DNA of 63,103 nucleotides, counting the filler, from Octopus bimaculoides (taxonomy: Eukaryota): the NCBI RefSeq assembly GCF_001194135.2. It is 7 parts of 6 records of this genome, joined end to end, with 100 filler letters (N's around TTAATTAATTAA, not from the genome) between each part and the next. Parts side by side here need not be neighbours in the genome. Positions count along the whole stretch, not along the records: positions 1 to 18,569 come from NC_068983.1; positions 18,670 to 23,383 come from NC_068991.1; positions 23,484 to 31,861 come from NC_068983.1; 4 more parts are not named here. One strand, 5' to 3'. Below are positions 11,557 through 24,379 of the stretch, piece by piece. Position 1 is the stretch's first letter. Every line of letters begins with the position of its first letter. A program made the position numbers and the translations under genes. The notes below the pieces were generated by a model. That model saw nothing but the letters and a program-made list of their open reading frames with translations, did no database searches and was not told where the DNA came from.

Positions 11557-13685
11557 GCGCGCACTCTCACATATGTATAAACAATGAAGTTTATTTTCCT
11601 AATTATCTCTCTCTTCTTTCTGCATACTTAGCAGTTCTACCTCTCACCCTATTCTATTTCTCTTTCATGTGTGTATCCTACAAACATTGGGGTATCTTCG
11701 TCCACGCACCCACGCATGCGTAAATGAATCGGACATGTTCGTGTTTTTTCCATTTTCAGACAAATCTATTTTGTATATCACTCTAAAAAGAACCTCCAAG
11801 ATAATCAATATTCAATATTGTTACACCAAAAAAAGACTTATCCAGTTTATAATCTTGCGTTGTTAAATAGCCCCAGGTCACTCATATTGAGTAAACCTAT
11901 AGTCCGAATGTTGCATTCTAGCTGTGACCATCTCTTATTTACGGACAGTTTGACCGAGAGTTCATTATCCCAAATAATTTCTTTTATTGAATGGTTGGGC
12001 TTGATTTTTAAGAGAAATGGAAGCTGTTTTTACTGGTTGATTGTCACATAAAGGCCCCTCTTTCATTTGTGTATTACTTCGTGTTTGCAGTTATAAAACT
12101 TAAAATATGGTTGGACCGTCTAAAGTTATCACAATAATAATCTCGCTTTGCAACCATGTGGTTTTGGGTTCAGTTCCTCTGCGCAGCACGTAACTACGGC
12201 AGATCAATACATTGTCAGTGAATTTTGTACACAAACTTTTGGAAGCCTTGATGAGTGTTTGACAGCTGAACTATGAAACACACACCTATAACTGACATCG
12301 TATACTAATACCGAAACATTGCATACACACACATACATATATATGTACGTGTTTGTTCTCTCCTACTGCTTGATAACAAGTGTTGGTTTATATACATCCC
12401 AATAACATAGCGGTTCGGTAAACAATTTCCTGGAACTGGTTTTTTCGACTAAAACCTTTGAAGGCAGTGTGTCAGCACGGCCACAGTCAAATGACTTAGC
12501 AAGTAAACGATGAAAAATATTGATTATATAAAACTAATACTAATTAAATGCTCTTAATTAAATAAATATTACAGTAATTATTTAGTGAACCATTGGGAAC
12601 TAAACATTTAGCTTTACGATAATAGCAACACAGAAAGGGGCAACATTTCTTGTAAAACAACCAAGATAAGACACGATAAACAAATTAAAGCATTTCACTC
12701 CATTTTTAGAAACAATTTAAACTTGTAACCCCATTGTTAAATATCTACCAAAGACTAGAATTAGTATTTCCTGCAAGTCACATTGCATCAGTTAACTTTT
12801 CTCCAAAAAAAAAAAAAAACTTTCAAGCAACATTCCTCACCAAAAGATGGACTGGTATATAAAACTACTTTCTGCCGTCAATGGTAATGGAATTTTGAGT
12901 GGCTATATTTGTTTTCCATAGTGAAAGAGTTAAAACATATATTGTTGATCAAAACATAAATGCAAGAAATATTTTTAAAACTTTCTTTGTATGTGTAGGC
13001 ACGTCTGTGTGGTAAGAAGTTTGCTTCCCAAAACTCATAGGTCCAGGTTCAGTCCCACTAGATGGCACCTATTTCCATCCCAGATAGTATTTCTCTGGGG
13101 ACCATATATGCCTTCATAGGGGATTGGAAATAAATGGTACCACTTGTGTGATGGTGAAGCTTGTCTACAACTATTATGTCAAGATAGGAAACAGCCACAC
13201 ACACATACATAGGCACTGGCATGGCTCTGTGGTAAGAAGCTTGTTTCCCAACCACATGGTTCTCGATTCAGTCCCACTGCATGGCACCTTGGGCAAGTGT
13301 CTTCAACTATAGCCTCAGACCAACCAAAGCATTGTGAGTGGATTTAGTAGACAGAAACGGAAAGAAGCTCGTCATATATATATATATGTGTGTGTGTGTA
13401 TTTGTATGTATGTTGGTGTGTTTACATCCCTGTATCTTAGTGGTTCAGCTATATATACCAATAGAATAAGTACTAGGCTTACAAAGAATAAGTCCTGGGG
13501 TCAATTTGTTTGACTAAAGGCGATGCTCCAGCATGGCCACAGTTAAATGACTGAAACAAGTAAAAGAATACATACTTGCATATATATATATATATATATA
13601 TATACTTCCATTACTTATATCCGTTACATATATTGATGGTTGCATCTCAGCTTTGAGCAATGTCTTTACTTCATTCTTCTCTTAA

Positions 13686-13898
13686 CCCGTTAGCATTTAA
13701 ACCAGCCATATCCAGTCCAAATATTATACCTGTTTCATGTTAAAACTGACCAGATCTGGCCCCTCGCATTCACCCTACAGTATCATTCTAAAAATATATG
13801 ATGACATCATTGAAAGCTAGAAGATAATGCATGATTAATTCAAAACAATGTGAATCAATAAGAATTGTATTTGACCAAGAAATCTGAATGCTAAAGGG
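13686..13898. mobile_element. piggyBac-like MITE (~213 bp)
   Basis: TTAA|CCCGTTAGCATT ... AATGCTAAAGGG|TGAA: inverted termini with a TTAA-like target site. Confidence 0.6.
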
Positions 13899-14309
13899 TG
13901 AAAGCATGGCTGGGTAACCTCATACTTCCTCTACAGCAAGACACCTGTAGCTGTCTTGCTGTAACCTTTCCTCATCTGACACAAAATTGCCTCCACCAAT
14001 GCCCCCTCACCTCTTAGTTCTTTTGTTTCTTTTTTTGTCTTGCAAGATACTTGGTGCCATTTAAAAGCATTCAGACCACACTGTAAAGTGGTTGGTGTTC
14101 AGAAGGGCATCCAGCTTTAAAAACCTTGCCAAAACTGACCTCACCTGTGCTTGCGCCAGGGCATCCAGCTGTAAAAATCCTGCCAAAACTGTCACAGAAG
14201 TCTGGTGTGGGCTTCTACCTGGCTGGCTCTTGTGAAACCATCCCACCCATGCTAGCATGGAAGCAGACATTAAACAATTATGATGATGATAGTAGGAACC
14301 AATACACTT

Positions 14310-14780
14310 TTGCACAGATGTGGTAATGATGGGCACCTCTTTCAGCAGGTGTTCAGAAAACATGCTATCCACAGTGACACATGCCTTCAATCCATCATGG
14401 AGTTTTTCATTGTGTTTTGCCTTTCTCAGCCATGGTCTGCCATAATATGCAACACATAACAGAGATGTTAAAAATCAAGTGATATCTGTGCCTAAAGCTT
14501 TTTAAAGTGAGAAACGGCCTTGCACAGATCCAACCCAACTGCCTTAACATATACATATGCCCAAAAGGAAGAACTAATCTACATCATTGGATGCAAACAG
14601 TCACAGGTGTTATATTTGAGTTTTCCTTCTCCTCGAGAGATGCCTAAGCAAAGACAAGTTTTTCACTGCCAACTGTTGGATAGACATTGACTCTATACAG
14701 TTCAAGTGTCTTTTAAGAGGTCTTGTTTTCCCTCCTGCTTGGTGTCCAATGAATGCTGCCATCGTTACTGAGCAAGCTTG
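14310..14780 (-). mobile_element. Probable RTE retrotransposon 5' region (second copy ~53890-54330)
   Basis: Both copies share TTGCACAGATGTGGTAA..., GACACATGCC, TGGATGCAAAC and AGTTTTCCTTCTCC(T/C); the reverse complement GGAGAAGGAAAACT is typical of RTE 5' regions. Confidence 0.5.
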
Positions 14781-15409
14781 CTCATAATTCCCAATCTATA
14801 AGTATCCAAAATAACATGGGCATTTTCCTACCTCATCATCACTGACTGGACCAACAAATATCACCATCATCATCATCATCATCGTCATCAGTAGTAGCAG
14901 CATTTAATGCCCATGTTTTATACCAGCTGTTTGACAGGATCTGACGGTTTCAAAGGCTACAGTGTACCCTGTTATCTATTTTGGCATGATTTTTATGGGT
15001 GGATGCCCTTTCTAATGTCAACCACTTTACAGTATGGACTGGGTGCCTTTTTTTTTATGCCACCAGCACCAGTGGGATCACCATGCAGTTTATAAGACTG
15101 TGAACTCCAAGAGGCAGCATTATGCTAGGAGAAGAGGTAGGTTAAGAGAAGGGGCCACAGGTTTCTTAATGTGGAGGATCTACATAGCCACTCCTATTTT
15201 AGAAGTGAGGTTGTAGGAATGATCTAAGTAAAGCTGGGTGAAGATAAAAATATTGGTGATGAGGTGTCTGGGTGGACCCTCAAGATATGAGATAAGTAGA
15301 AGTGAGTGGGATAGAAGAACCAGGGATTGTGGGTGGACTGAAGTTGCTAAAGTGTAATTAATAAAAAAATAATTACAGTATAATTAACTAAGAATATACT
15401 GTTGTTTAA

Positions 15410-15435
15410 TTTATTTTTCCCTTCTCTGTTTTCAG
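15410..15435 (+). promoter_or_regulatory. Splice acceptor of the ZNF-A coding exon
   Basis: TTTATTTTTCCCTTCTCTGTTTTCAG| at 15435; an in-frame TAG at 15448-15450 precedes the first ATG, so upstream exons are non-coding in this frame. Confidence 0.75.
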
Positions 15436-15465
15436 ATTTAACCATATTAGTTGTGGTTATCTAAG

Positions 15466-18198
15466 ATGACCAACCGATTTAGTGACCGAAATGGTTTCAT
15501 CTATATCTCTTCTTCTGACGACACTGTTTACCCAGTCCAGCTGATTCCAAATATGTCCTCTGAAAATAATGCTCCTGATTCTCTTACTTCTACAGACAAT
15601 GTGTTCAACAAAGTGCCAAAGCTAGAATGGACAAATCCTTCATCAGAGATTTCTGACAATAATAAAGATCCATACCAAACAAACTCATCTCAGACATCTT
15701 TCCAAAATAATTCCGATGAACAGTATTACAATTTTCAAACACCAAAAGAGGAATTATTTAATGTCCAAGAAATGGATTGCAGCATTGTCTTAGATGAGCA
15801 ACATACTGATAATGTCTTGAAGAACTCTGAAACTGCAGTGTCTAAGACAAAAGTCCTTAATTGTTTAAGGTGCATTTATCAGACCAGTGACAAGAATAAC
15901 CTGACCAACCACATGAGGAAACATAACTCAACATTTGTTTGCAAAATTTGCAAAACTTCCTTTTCAGTAATAACATCATTAATTGACCACTTCAACAAGC
16001 AGCACCCACAAGATGCCGATGATCCATCTGATTTGCAGCATTATTGTCCCATGTGTCCATTTCAAAGTATAGAGAAGCTGGAATACGATAAACACATTAC
16101 TCGGCATGAAACAGCTGCTCATACATGTTCCATTTGTGGTCAGCCATTTGCAAAACAAGTTTCAATGAAATGGCACATCAAGTATAAACATGGTATAGAA
16201 GACTCTGAAGAACAACAACATAGCAATATCTCAGAAACTTCTACAACAACAATTTCAGATCACAATAATGCAATTGCAGCAAACACAGAAAAAGAATCGA
16301 AAGACTTAGATTTCCAGAACCAAAGCGCTGATATGGAGACTGATACCAAACCTTTCTTTAAACGGTTCTTTTGTTTGTATTGTCCCAAGAACTTTAGTAA
16401 TAAACTGTATTTGAAATATCACTGTTGGCGCAATCATAAGGATAAATTATATAAAAGTCAATGGAAAGAAGTCCAAGATTTATTTCAACAGAATTGGAAT
16501 GAGACAGATCCTACATTAATTACCAAAAGCCTTATTGCTAAGAATAACCATTTTCAGTGCCCATTGTGTTCATTCAGTTCTTCTTACAAAAGCACTGTTG
16601 ACCGCCATATTAAGAAGCACAATGAAGCAAAGTATTCTTGTAATATATGTGGTATGCCATTTACTGTGATAGGCAATTTACATCATCATAAGAAAGTTAA
16701 TCATCCTGAAATATTAATTATGAATTCACTGCCAAACAAACGTCACAAATGTGCACTTTGCATCTATAGCACTGGCTATAAGTCTACACTTGAGCGTCAC
16801 CTTAGAACACATGGAATTGCCAAGTACCACTGTGAGTTATGCACCATGCCGTTTGTCTTCTCCGGAAGCTTTTTGACACACAGAATGTTAAAACATAAAA
16901 TATCCACAAAAGACTTTGAAGAAACAATTTTCACAGACAAAATAACTGATGCCAGTAGTTTAACAGCAAGCAGTGGTAAGTTCATAAAGAGGCGGAAATG
17001 CCCGTACTGCAATGCTCTGATGCCCAGTGCAAGCAAACTTAACCGGCATTTACGCACACACAGGAACGCTGGTTATTATTGCGTATGCTGCAGTATATTT
17101 TATACTTTAAGAAGTGAATTTGAAAATCACATGAAAGTGCATCTAGTAGCAAAAGGTTTTAATGAAGTACAGTGTATTGGTGTTACGAAAGGTAATAAAG
17201 AATTATCCAATGACACAACTGGAGATGATGTCGACGGTTCGGCTAAAAATCACATTCTTGTTAATAGTGAGCAGTCTGATGTGAGAGAGTCTTCACTTTC
17301 AAATGAAATTAGCAATATGAATAATGTCACAGATCTAGGAAATGTCGACAAGAACTGTGATATGTACAGTAATTCAAGCAATGCCAATGATAGTAGAAAT
17401 CATTTAGCAACAATGGCTAAAGATGTAGTCAAGATAGACTTAACCGAACCAGTGCCGACAACTAACATCCTTCTAGAACAACAACAAGTTCTTCAGAATG
17501 AATCACAGTCTTATCCTCCTGAATCCTATCAGAATTCATTAAATATTAATTCTGCAAAGAAATTAATGCTTTCATCCCCAAGCCAAGAAATAACTTCTTT
17601 TGATAAACCTACAACAGAAGAGAACTTTCATCTAACTCCATCTTCTAGAAATTCTTTGGTAACATCCCAAGACAATTTCACAATTGATAGACCAACTTAT
17701 GTGCCCCAGATATCTCATGAACAATATTTTGATACGGAAAAACAAGACTTTAGACTGAATTCAGATGAAGTATTATTCAACAACCGAAAAATGTACCTTA
17801 CCCCTCAACAACAAAACAATATGAACAACTCGAACCCAACAGAGATTCAAACACAAAATCCTTTCTCTGAAAACAATAACGATGATATGTGTGCTTGTAA
17901 ATTAACTCCACCAATCCATGGAGATGTACTCATCAATCCTCCATTCAAGGGACGATTTGCAAAGTTGGTTTCTGACTTTGATGATTTTGCATCCCGTCCA
18001 TTTGCTTGTTCTCTTTGTTTTTATCGTTGCAGCATTCTCAAAGACTTATTTGATCATGTACAGAACCATTTGACTGGCTGCACTCCTGTTCCAATTCCAA
18101 ACACTGCCAAGTTCGACACACAGAATTATATTCAAGGAATGAGTATAGACCAAAATAATCAGATGCAAAATAATTCTTTAAACATTAGTTATATTTAG
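15466..18198 (+). CDS. ZNF-A: 910-aa C2H2 zinc-finger protein with 12 dispersed fingers and low-complexity N/S/Q/T-rich spacers
   Basis: Uninterrupted ORF, first ATG at 15466 (the track starts at TTG 15451). Twelve CxxC...HxxxH/HxxxxH motifs, e.g. CLRC..HMRKH, CPLC..HIKKH, CALC..HLRTH, CPYC..HLRTH, CSLC..HVQNH. No TGEKP linkers; no KRAB/SCAN/BTB recognised. Confidence 0.92.
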   Translation: MTNRFSDRNGFIYISSSDDTVYPVQLIPNMSSENNAPDSLTSTDNVFNKVPKLEWTNPSSEISDNNKDPYQTNSSQTSFQNNSDEQYYNFQTPKEELFNVQEMDCSIVLDEQHTDNVLKNSETAVSKTKVLNCLRCIYQTSDKNNLTNHMRKHNSTFVCKICKTSFSVITSLIDHFNKQHPQDADDPSDLQHYCPMCPFQSIEKLEYDKHITRHETAAHTCSICGQPFAKQVSMKWHIKYKHGIEDSEEQQHSNISETSTTTISDHNNAIAANTEKESKDLDFQNQSADMETDTKPFFKRFFCLYCPKNFSNKLYLKYHCWRNHKDKLYKSQWKEVQDLFQQNWNETDPTLITKSLIAKNNHFQCPLCSFSSSYKSTVDRHIKKHNEAKYSCNICGMPFTVIGNLHHHKKVNHPEILIMNSLPNKRHKCALCIYSTGYKSTLERHLRTHGIAKYHCELCTMPFVFSGSFLTHRMLKHKISTKDFEETIFTDKITDASSLTASSGKFIKRRKCPYCNALMPSASKLNRHLRTHRNAGYYCVCCSIFYTLRSEFENHMKVHLVAKGFNEVQCIGVTKGNKELSNDTTGDDVDGSAKNHILVNSEQSDVRESSLSNEISNMNNVTDLGNVDKNCDMYSNSSNANDSRNHLATMAKDVVKIDLTEPVPTTNILLEQQQVLQNESQSYPPESYQNSLNINSAKKLMLSSPSQEITSFDKPTTEENFHLTPSSRNSLVTSQDNFTIDRPTYVPQISHEQYFDTEKQDFRLNSDEVLFNNRKMYLTPQQQNNMNNSNPTEIQTQNPFSENNNDDMCACKLTPPIHGDVLINPPFKGRFAKLVSDFDDFASRPFACSLCFYRCSILKDLFDHVQNHLTGCTPVPIPNTAKFDTQNYIQGMSIDQNNQMQNNSLNISYI

Positions 18199-18236
18199 CC
18201 AAAGAAAAAAAAAAAACAGTAAAAGAAAAGCATTTA

Positions 18237-18320
18237 AATAAACAGAGAACTGTATTTTACTTTCCCTTCTTTGAAGAAAAGAAGAAATAAATGAGAATAA
18301 AAATCATTTTTATTGTCTTG
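18237..18320 (+). terminator. Candidate polyadenylation signals of ZNF-A
   Basis: AATAAA at 18237, 18286 and 18296, followed by U/GU-rich TTTTTATTGTCTTG. Confidence 0.5.
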
Positions 18321-18521
18321 ACAGATTGAAAAATTGTAACCATTACAATGAACTACAACTTGCTTGATGTGCAAATGTGGCTGTGTGGTTCACAAGTTTC
18401 CTTCACAACCACATGGTTTTAAGTTCAATCCTTTTGCAGGGTACCTTGGACAGGTACTTTCCTGCTCTAAACCCAAAATATTTTGAATATATTTGGGAGA
18501 CAGACGATGAGAAAAACCCAT

Positions 18522-18569
<48 letters not shown>

Positions 18570-18613
18570 NNNNNNNNNNNNNNNNNNNNNNNNNNNNNNN
18601 NNNNNNNNNNNNN

Positions 18614-18625
18614 TTAATTAATTAA
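18614..18625. other. Assembly gap spacer TTAATTAATTAA inside ~100-nt N gaps (also 23428, 31906, 36556, 39363, 58883)
   Basis: Identical 12-mer centred in six N runs; it carries stops in all six frames. Artificial; true distances across these joins are unknown. Confidence 0.95.
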
Positions 18626-18669
18626 NNNNNNNNNNNNNNNNNNNNNNNNNNNNNNNNNNNNNNNNNNNN

Positions 18670-19520
18670 CAGCGAAAGCCAGGTACAGAGGTTTATCCTT
18701 GGCTTGGTATTTCTCCTGCAGCTGTCTTACCAGAAATATAGCATCAGTGGTGCTTTTCCCTGGCACAAACCCAAACTGCATCTCATCTAAATTGACTCTC
18801 TCCCTAATTAGTTGGGCTATGACCCTCTCCGTGACTTTCATTACCTGATCTAACAACTTGATACCTCTGTAATTATTTGTATCTAAAGCGTCACCTTTAC
18901 CTTTGTAACAGTTGACTATGGTGCTGCTACACCAGTCATTGGGTATGACTCCTTCATGTATCACCTGGTTAGGAATACGAGTGACTAGGCTATAGATGAC
19001 ACTACCAGATATTTTGAGCATCTCTGCAGTGATTCCTGATGGGCCGAGGGCCTTCCCTGTCTTCATATTCTTAATTGCTTTATCTACCATGGTACTGTCA
19101 ACTTGGATAGCTTGTCCCTCTGTTGGGTCGACATTCAGCAGACTCTCTTTCTCCCATTCATTCTCTTTATTGAGCAACCTTTCATTGTGGTGTCTCCAAA
19201 CCTCTCTCTTTGCAGCCTCGTTTAGTGCAAGCGTACCATCATCCATGCGAACACATTTCTCTCCTATGACATCACAATTCTCTCTCACACACTGTCTTAC
19301 AACACGAAATACCTCAAGTCTTTGGTCCTCACGGCGCAGAACATTGGCAAATTTTTTCTTACCTGCTTCCCCTCTGGCTAAATAAACCTGTCTCCTAGCT
19401 TCCCTTCTAGCAGTCTGATACAATTTCCTGCTACCTCCATTCTTCCAGTCCTTCCAAGCCTGTTTTTTTTTTGTCTAATAGCCCTGTCAACCACATTGTT
19501 CCACCACCACGTTACTTTGG
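18670..19520 (-). mobile_element. RTE-clade LINE ORF2 fragment (N-terminal part of RT)
   Basis: KALGPSGITAEMLK...YRGIKLLDQVMKVTERV...QFGFVPGKSTTDAIFLVRQLQEKY; cut by a gap. Confidence 0.9.
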
Positions 19521-21959
19521 GTCGAGACAAAATGTACATGTGTATTAATTTAATGTTGATATTTAATAATGATGATGATGATGATAATAATAATAGCTAA
19601 ATAATAGGTAAATACTTAGCACGTCTAGCTATGTGGTGTGTAAACTTAGTCTGTACAAGGTCTGTGCCCAGTGTCCATTTTGGACACCTTTTATGCCCAC
19701 CTACCCTTGCAGACCACCATTTAACTTTTTCACCTGGCAACTCATATTTTCCTTCTGTGCTGTGTGTGTGAATACATATTTTGATTATACCCTTATATCC
19801 TCATGCAGGCACCCAGATGAGTGTTGTATACAGTTCAAAGTACCTCATATAAATATTTAGTCATATAATACTTGAACTGTCCTATGTAACCACCCTATTC
19901 CTCTCTTCCAGGTCAAAACTACATTCTCTCTTCTCATACCCACTTCATCTTTTGTTGACTCTTGCTCTGAATATTGTATAGAATGGGGGAAACTGTGATT
20001 CATTTTAATTTACTGAATAAACTATGAACCAAAGCTCTATGGCAAGCATTTGCACAGATCTTCTTTTCAGGTGATGACAAAATTTCCACAACTACCTTCC
20101 TGCCACCATTCCTAAATACTCAATCTCAGGACCACTACCATCAATACTGGCGCAATGAAAGGAAGATTCCTCATGGGCAAGAGACAAAGATTCAAATTCT
20201 TCTGAGTTAGCATGAGGGATGGAGTGGGTGGTGTAGGCAGAAAAGTGGGTAGATAAGGTAACTGAAGTAGTCAGAGTATGTCATAGGGTAATTAAGATGA
20301 GTCTTATAAATAAATTAACAGTTACATTTATCTCTGAAGTGGTTGGCACTTGGAAGGGCATCTAGCTGTAAAAGCCTTGCCAAAACTGACCTCGCCTGTG
20401 CTTGTGCCACGTAAAAAGCAGTAAGTCCTCTCTGCTGGGTGGTTGGTTTTTAGGAAGGGTTTCTGTCTGGTTGGCTCCTGTCAAACCGTGCCTGCATGGA
20501 AGGCAGACATTAAACAACAATGATGATGATGATTGATTATGAAGATGGTTTTTAGTGTTAAGTGATGGCATAGATGATATAAATGTTGCTGTTCTACCAT
20601 TCAGGAGATTTATTAGCACCAGACATAAAAATTCTGGACAAAATTGAGCTGTTATCAGTATAAAATGTTGACAAAAATTTAATTCAAACCAATTATTTAG
20701 AATTTTGTTCTACTGATTTTTGTTGAGTATTTTAGTGAATTGCAGAGGATTTGGCCTGTAGCCATCAGAAATGACAACAGTTTCAGTTATATTCTTTAGC
20801 AGAATTTATTTCCTTATAGTTTGACTTTTTATTTTTATTTTATTTTCCAATGGGTTCAGTTTGTTTTATGTGAAACTTTGCTTCTATGACTGTTTAGGAA
20901 AATATCACTGTGATATACAAAAATATTACCCTTAAACAATAATTAGTTCACAATAGTCATTATATACATTCATTATTAATTATTATTATCAATAATAAAG
21001 TAAGTGAGCTGGCAGAATTGTCAGCATGTCAGACTAAATGCTTGGTGACATTTCTTCTAGCTCTTTATGTTCTGAGTTAAAATTCAACTGAGGTCAACTT
21101 TGCCTTTCATCTTTTTGGGCTTGATGAAATTGGAGCACTAGGGTCAATGTAAATTGATGAGCCTGTTCTCTCAGAATTTCAGGCCTTGTGCCTGTAGCAG
21201 AAGGAATTATTATTACTTGGTTGTTGAGTGGATTGTTAAGGCATCAGATGAAATACCTTTTGGTATTTTTATGTTCTGATTTCAAATCCTGACTTGGTCA
21301 GCTTTCATCTTTCTGGTATTAGCACTCGAGTACTGGGATCACTATAATTGACATTGACTGTTCACTTTACCAAATTTCTGGCCTTGTGTCAGAAATAATT
21401 ATTTTGTGGTCATAATATAGGTAATGTTATATATATATATATATAATATANNNNNNNNNNNNNNNNNNNNNNNNNNNNNNNNNNNNNNNNNNNNNNNNNN
21501 NNNNNNNNNNNNNNNNNNNNNNNNNNNNNNNNNNNNNNNNNNNNNNNNNNNNNNNNNNNNNNNNNNNNNNNNNNNNNNNNNNNNNNNNNNNNNNNNNNNN
21601 NNNNNNNNNNNNNNNNNNNNNNNNNNNNNNNNNNNNNNNNNNNNNNNNNNNNNNNNNNNNNNNNNNNNNNNNNNNNNNNNNNNNNNNNNNNNNNNNNNNN
21701 NNNNNNNNNNNNNNNNNNNNNNNNNNNNNNNNNNNNNNNNNNNNNNNNNNNNNNNNNNNNNNNNNNNNNNNNNNNNNNNNNNNNNNNNNNNNNNNNNNNN
21801 NNNNNNNNNNNNNNNNNNNNNNNNNNNNNNNNNNNNNNNNNNNNNNNNNNNNNNNNNNNNNNNNNNNNNNNNNNNNNNNNNNNNNNNNNNNNNNNNNNNN
21901 NNNNNNNNNNNNNNNNNNNNNNNNNNNNNNNNNNNNNNNNNNNNNNNNNNNNNNNNNNN

Positions 21960-21991
<32 letters not shown>

Positions 21992-22239
21992 ATATCGAAG
22001 GGAAATAGAAATATTAGAAATGTTTACTACCAGTAGCCTAGCGTGTAAAAATTTAGTCCAAAGACTAAACACATGAAAGAACAGCTAAGTTCCACAACCT
22101 CTATTAGAGATAAAATTTTGAAAGGAATGAAATGAAAATAAAAGCATTTACCATCTAGTTTCCTGGACCAATTGGTTTCTGATTTTTATTTTAGCAAATA
22201 ATTTTGCTAATGTTTTTATTTTTGATTCTAATCCTTGCT

Positions 22240-23060
22240 TCCACACCTGAAACATCTCTAGTTCTGATAGTGACACAACAATTAGAGCAAGGTCATCAGC
22301 ATAGAGGAGCTCTCAGGAGCATCCTGTCTTGAATTCCTCTGTTATTGCCTGGAAGACTATGATAAATAGGAGAGGGCTGAGGACTGAACCTTGGCGGACC
22401 CCTACCTCTACCCAGAATTCTTCACTGTACTCGTTGCCAACCCTCATCTTACTGACAGCGTCTCTGTACATGGCTCGCACAGCTCACACTAACCATTCTT
22501 CTATCCCTAGTTTCCTCATTGACCACCAGATCAGGGATCGAGGGACCCTGTCANNNNNNNNNNCTATCCCTAGTTTCCTCATTGACCACCAGATCAGGGA
22601 TCGAGGGACCCTGTCAAAGGCTTTCTCCATGTCAACGAAAGCCAGGTGCAGAGGTTTATCCTTGGCTAGGTATTTCTCCTGCAGCTGTCTTACCAGAAAT
22701 ATAGCATCAGTAGTGCTTTTCTCTGACACAAACCCAAACTGCATCTCATCTAAACTGACTCCCTCCCTAATTAGTTGGACTATGACTCTCTCCGTGACCT
22801 TCATTACCTGATCCAACAACTTGATACCTCTGTAAATATATATGTCTAAAGTGTCACCTTCATCTTTGTAGCAGATGACTATGGTACTGCTACACCAGTC
22901 ATTGGGTATGACCCTTTCGTGTATCACCTGGTTAACTATACGGGTGATTAGGCTATAGCTGACACTGCCAGATATTTTCAGCATCTCTGCAGTGATTCCT
23001 GATGGGCCGGGGGCCTTCCCTGTCTTCTTACTCTTAATTGGTCCCTCTGTTGGGTCGACA
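22240..23060 (-). mobile_element. Second RTE-clade LINE ORF2 fragment with RT core
   Basis: QFGFVSEKSTTDAIF, FVDMEKAFDRVPR, GVRQGSVLSPLLF and LYADDL (~22289-22306); stops and frameshifts; paralogous to 18670-19520. Confidence 0.9.
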
Positions 23061-23328
23061 TATTATTTTAATTATTATTTTAATAATTATTACTTTGTAT
23101 TTTATTATAGTTCTTTTTAGTGTATTTGCTTATTAAATTTTTCTATATGTGACTGTAGATTTTCATGGATGAGGTCAGAAATTGTGGTTCTTTTCTCTAA
23201 ATTAGATATTTATACTGTGAAACTTGATTTAATTTTAATTTTGATAAATTAAATTAAAGTGAGTTTTAACCTGTAAATTTGGATTTTTATCCCTAATATT
23301 ATTATCATAATTATATATATAATATATG

Positions 23329-23383
<55 letters not shown>

Positions 23384-23675
23384 NNNNNNNNNNNNNNNNN
23401 NNNNNNNNNNNNNNNNNNNNNNNNNNNTTAATTAATTAANNNNNNNNNNNNNNNNNNNNNNNNNNNNNNNNNNNNNNNNNNNNGGGTCTTACTTCAAGGT
23501 GTTTCTGTCTCCAGTTTAAGTAGGTTTGTACAGTATTAGATTTATCTGTAGGGAAATATATGGCATGGTAGAAGGCTGTAAGAACTTCTGTATTATCTTC
23601 CCTAGACCATTTTTCATTCTTTTTCTTTTGGTTATTTTATGACGAGCATGGATGGCCATCTGTTGGAATATTCCG

Positions 23676-23746
<71 letters not shown>

Positions 23747-23878
23747 CATAGACGTCGCACAGTATACAATACCGTGAAGTTGTTGATTGAAGATATTGTA
23801 TGTGCTGTGGTTTGTAATGGTGCTCTTGTCGTTGTTGTTGTTATTATTATTATTATTATTAATAATATTTCTATGAGC

Positions 23879-23933
<55 letters not shown>

Positions 23934-24379
23934 CAGTGCGTCAGACAAAATGTATAACGGCATTTCTTCCTACTCATTTACATTCTGAGTTCCGCCGAAG
24001 TCGACTTTACCATTTTTCCTTTCGGGGTCAATAAAATAAGTATCAGTTATTGACTTTTTCTCTCCTTCAAAATTGCTGATCTTATGCCAGAATTTGAAAT
24101 CCTTCATATAATTATTAACAATCTTGATTAATCAAATATTTATTCAATATATTTGACAATAATATGTGCTTAGACTCCACGAGACCGTCCTTTAATTATA
24201 GTTTGACTATATAAGGTAGAAGTTGTTTCTGTTAACGTCTATTTTTTTTTCCACGAATACTCTATCAAGAAAACAAAAATTGCAATGCTGGTTGGCAACT
24301 TACCAGTAGTTCGAATATATTGATACCTCAGGGTTTCAATCAATAAAACTGACCCATATTAACAATACAAGATATAATT

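Noticed and set aside
15451-15465. Track-proposed TTG start of ZNF-A (and GTG start at 35393 for ZNF-B)
   Set aside because: Non-ATG starts are unlikely in this eukaryotic context; in-frame ATGs follow at 15466 and 35366.
16797-17057. Antisense ORFs (also 34742-34981 alternative frame, 18996-19385, 22329-22811)
   Set aside because: Shadow frames of the ZNF genes or RTE fragments with no independent coding signal.
22500-22617. Tandem ~53-bp duplication in the RTE fragment (likewise 46559-46671 in a SINE)
   Set aside because: Each straddles a 10-N gap; these are overlapping contig ends.
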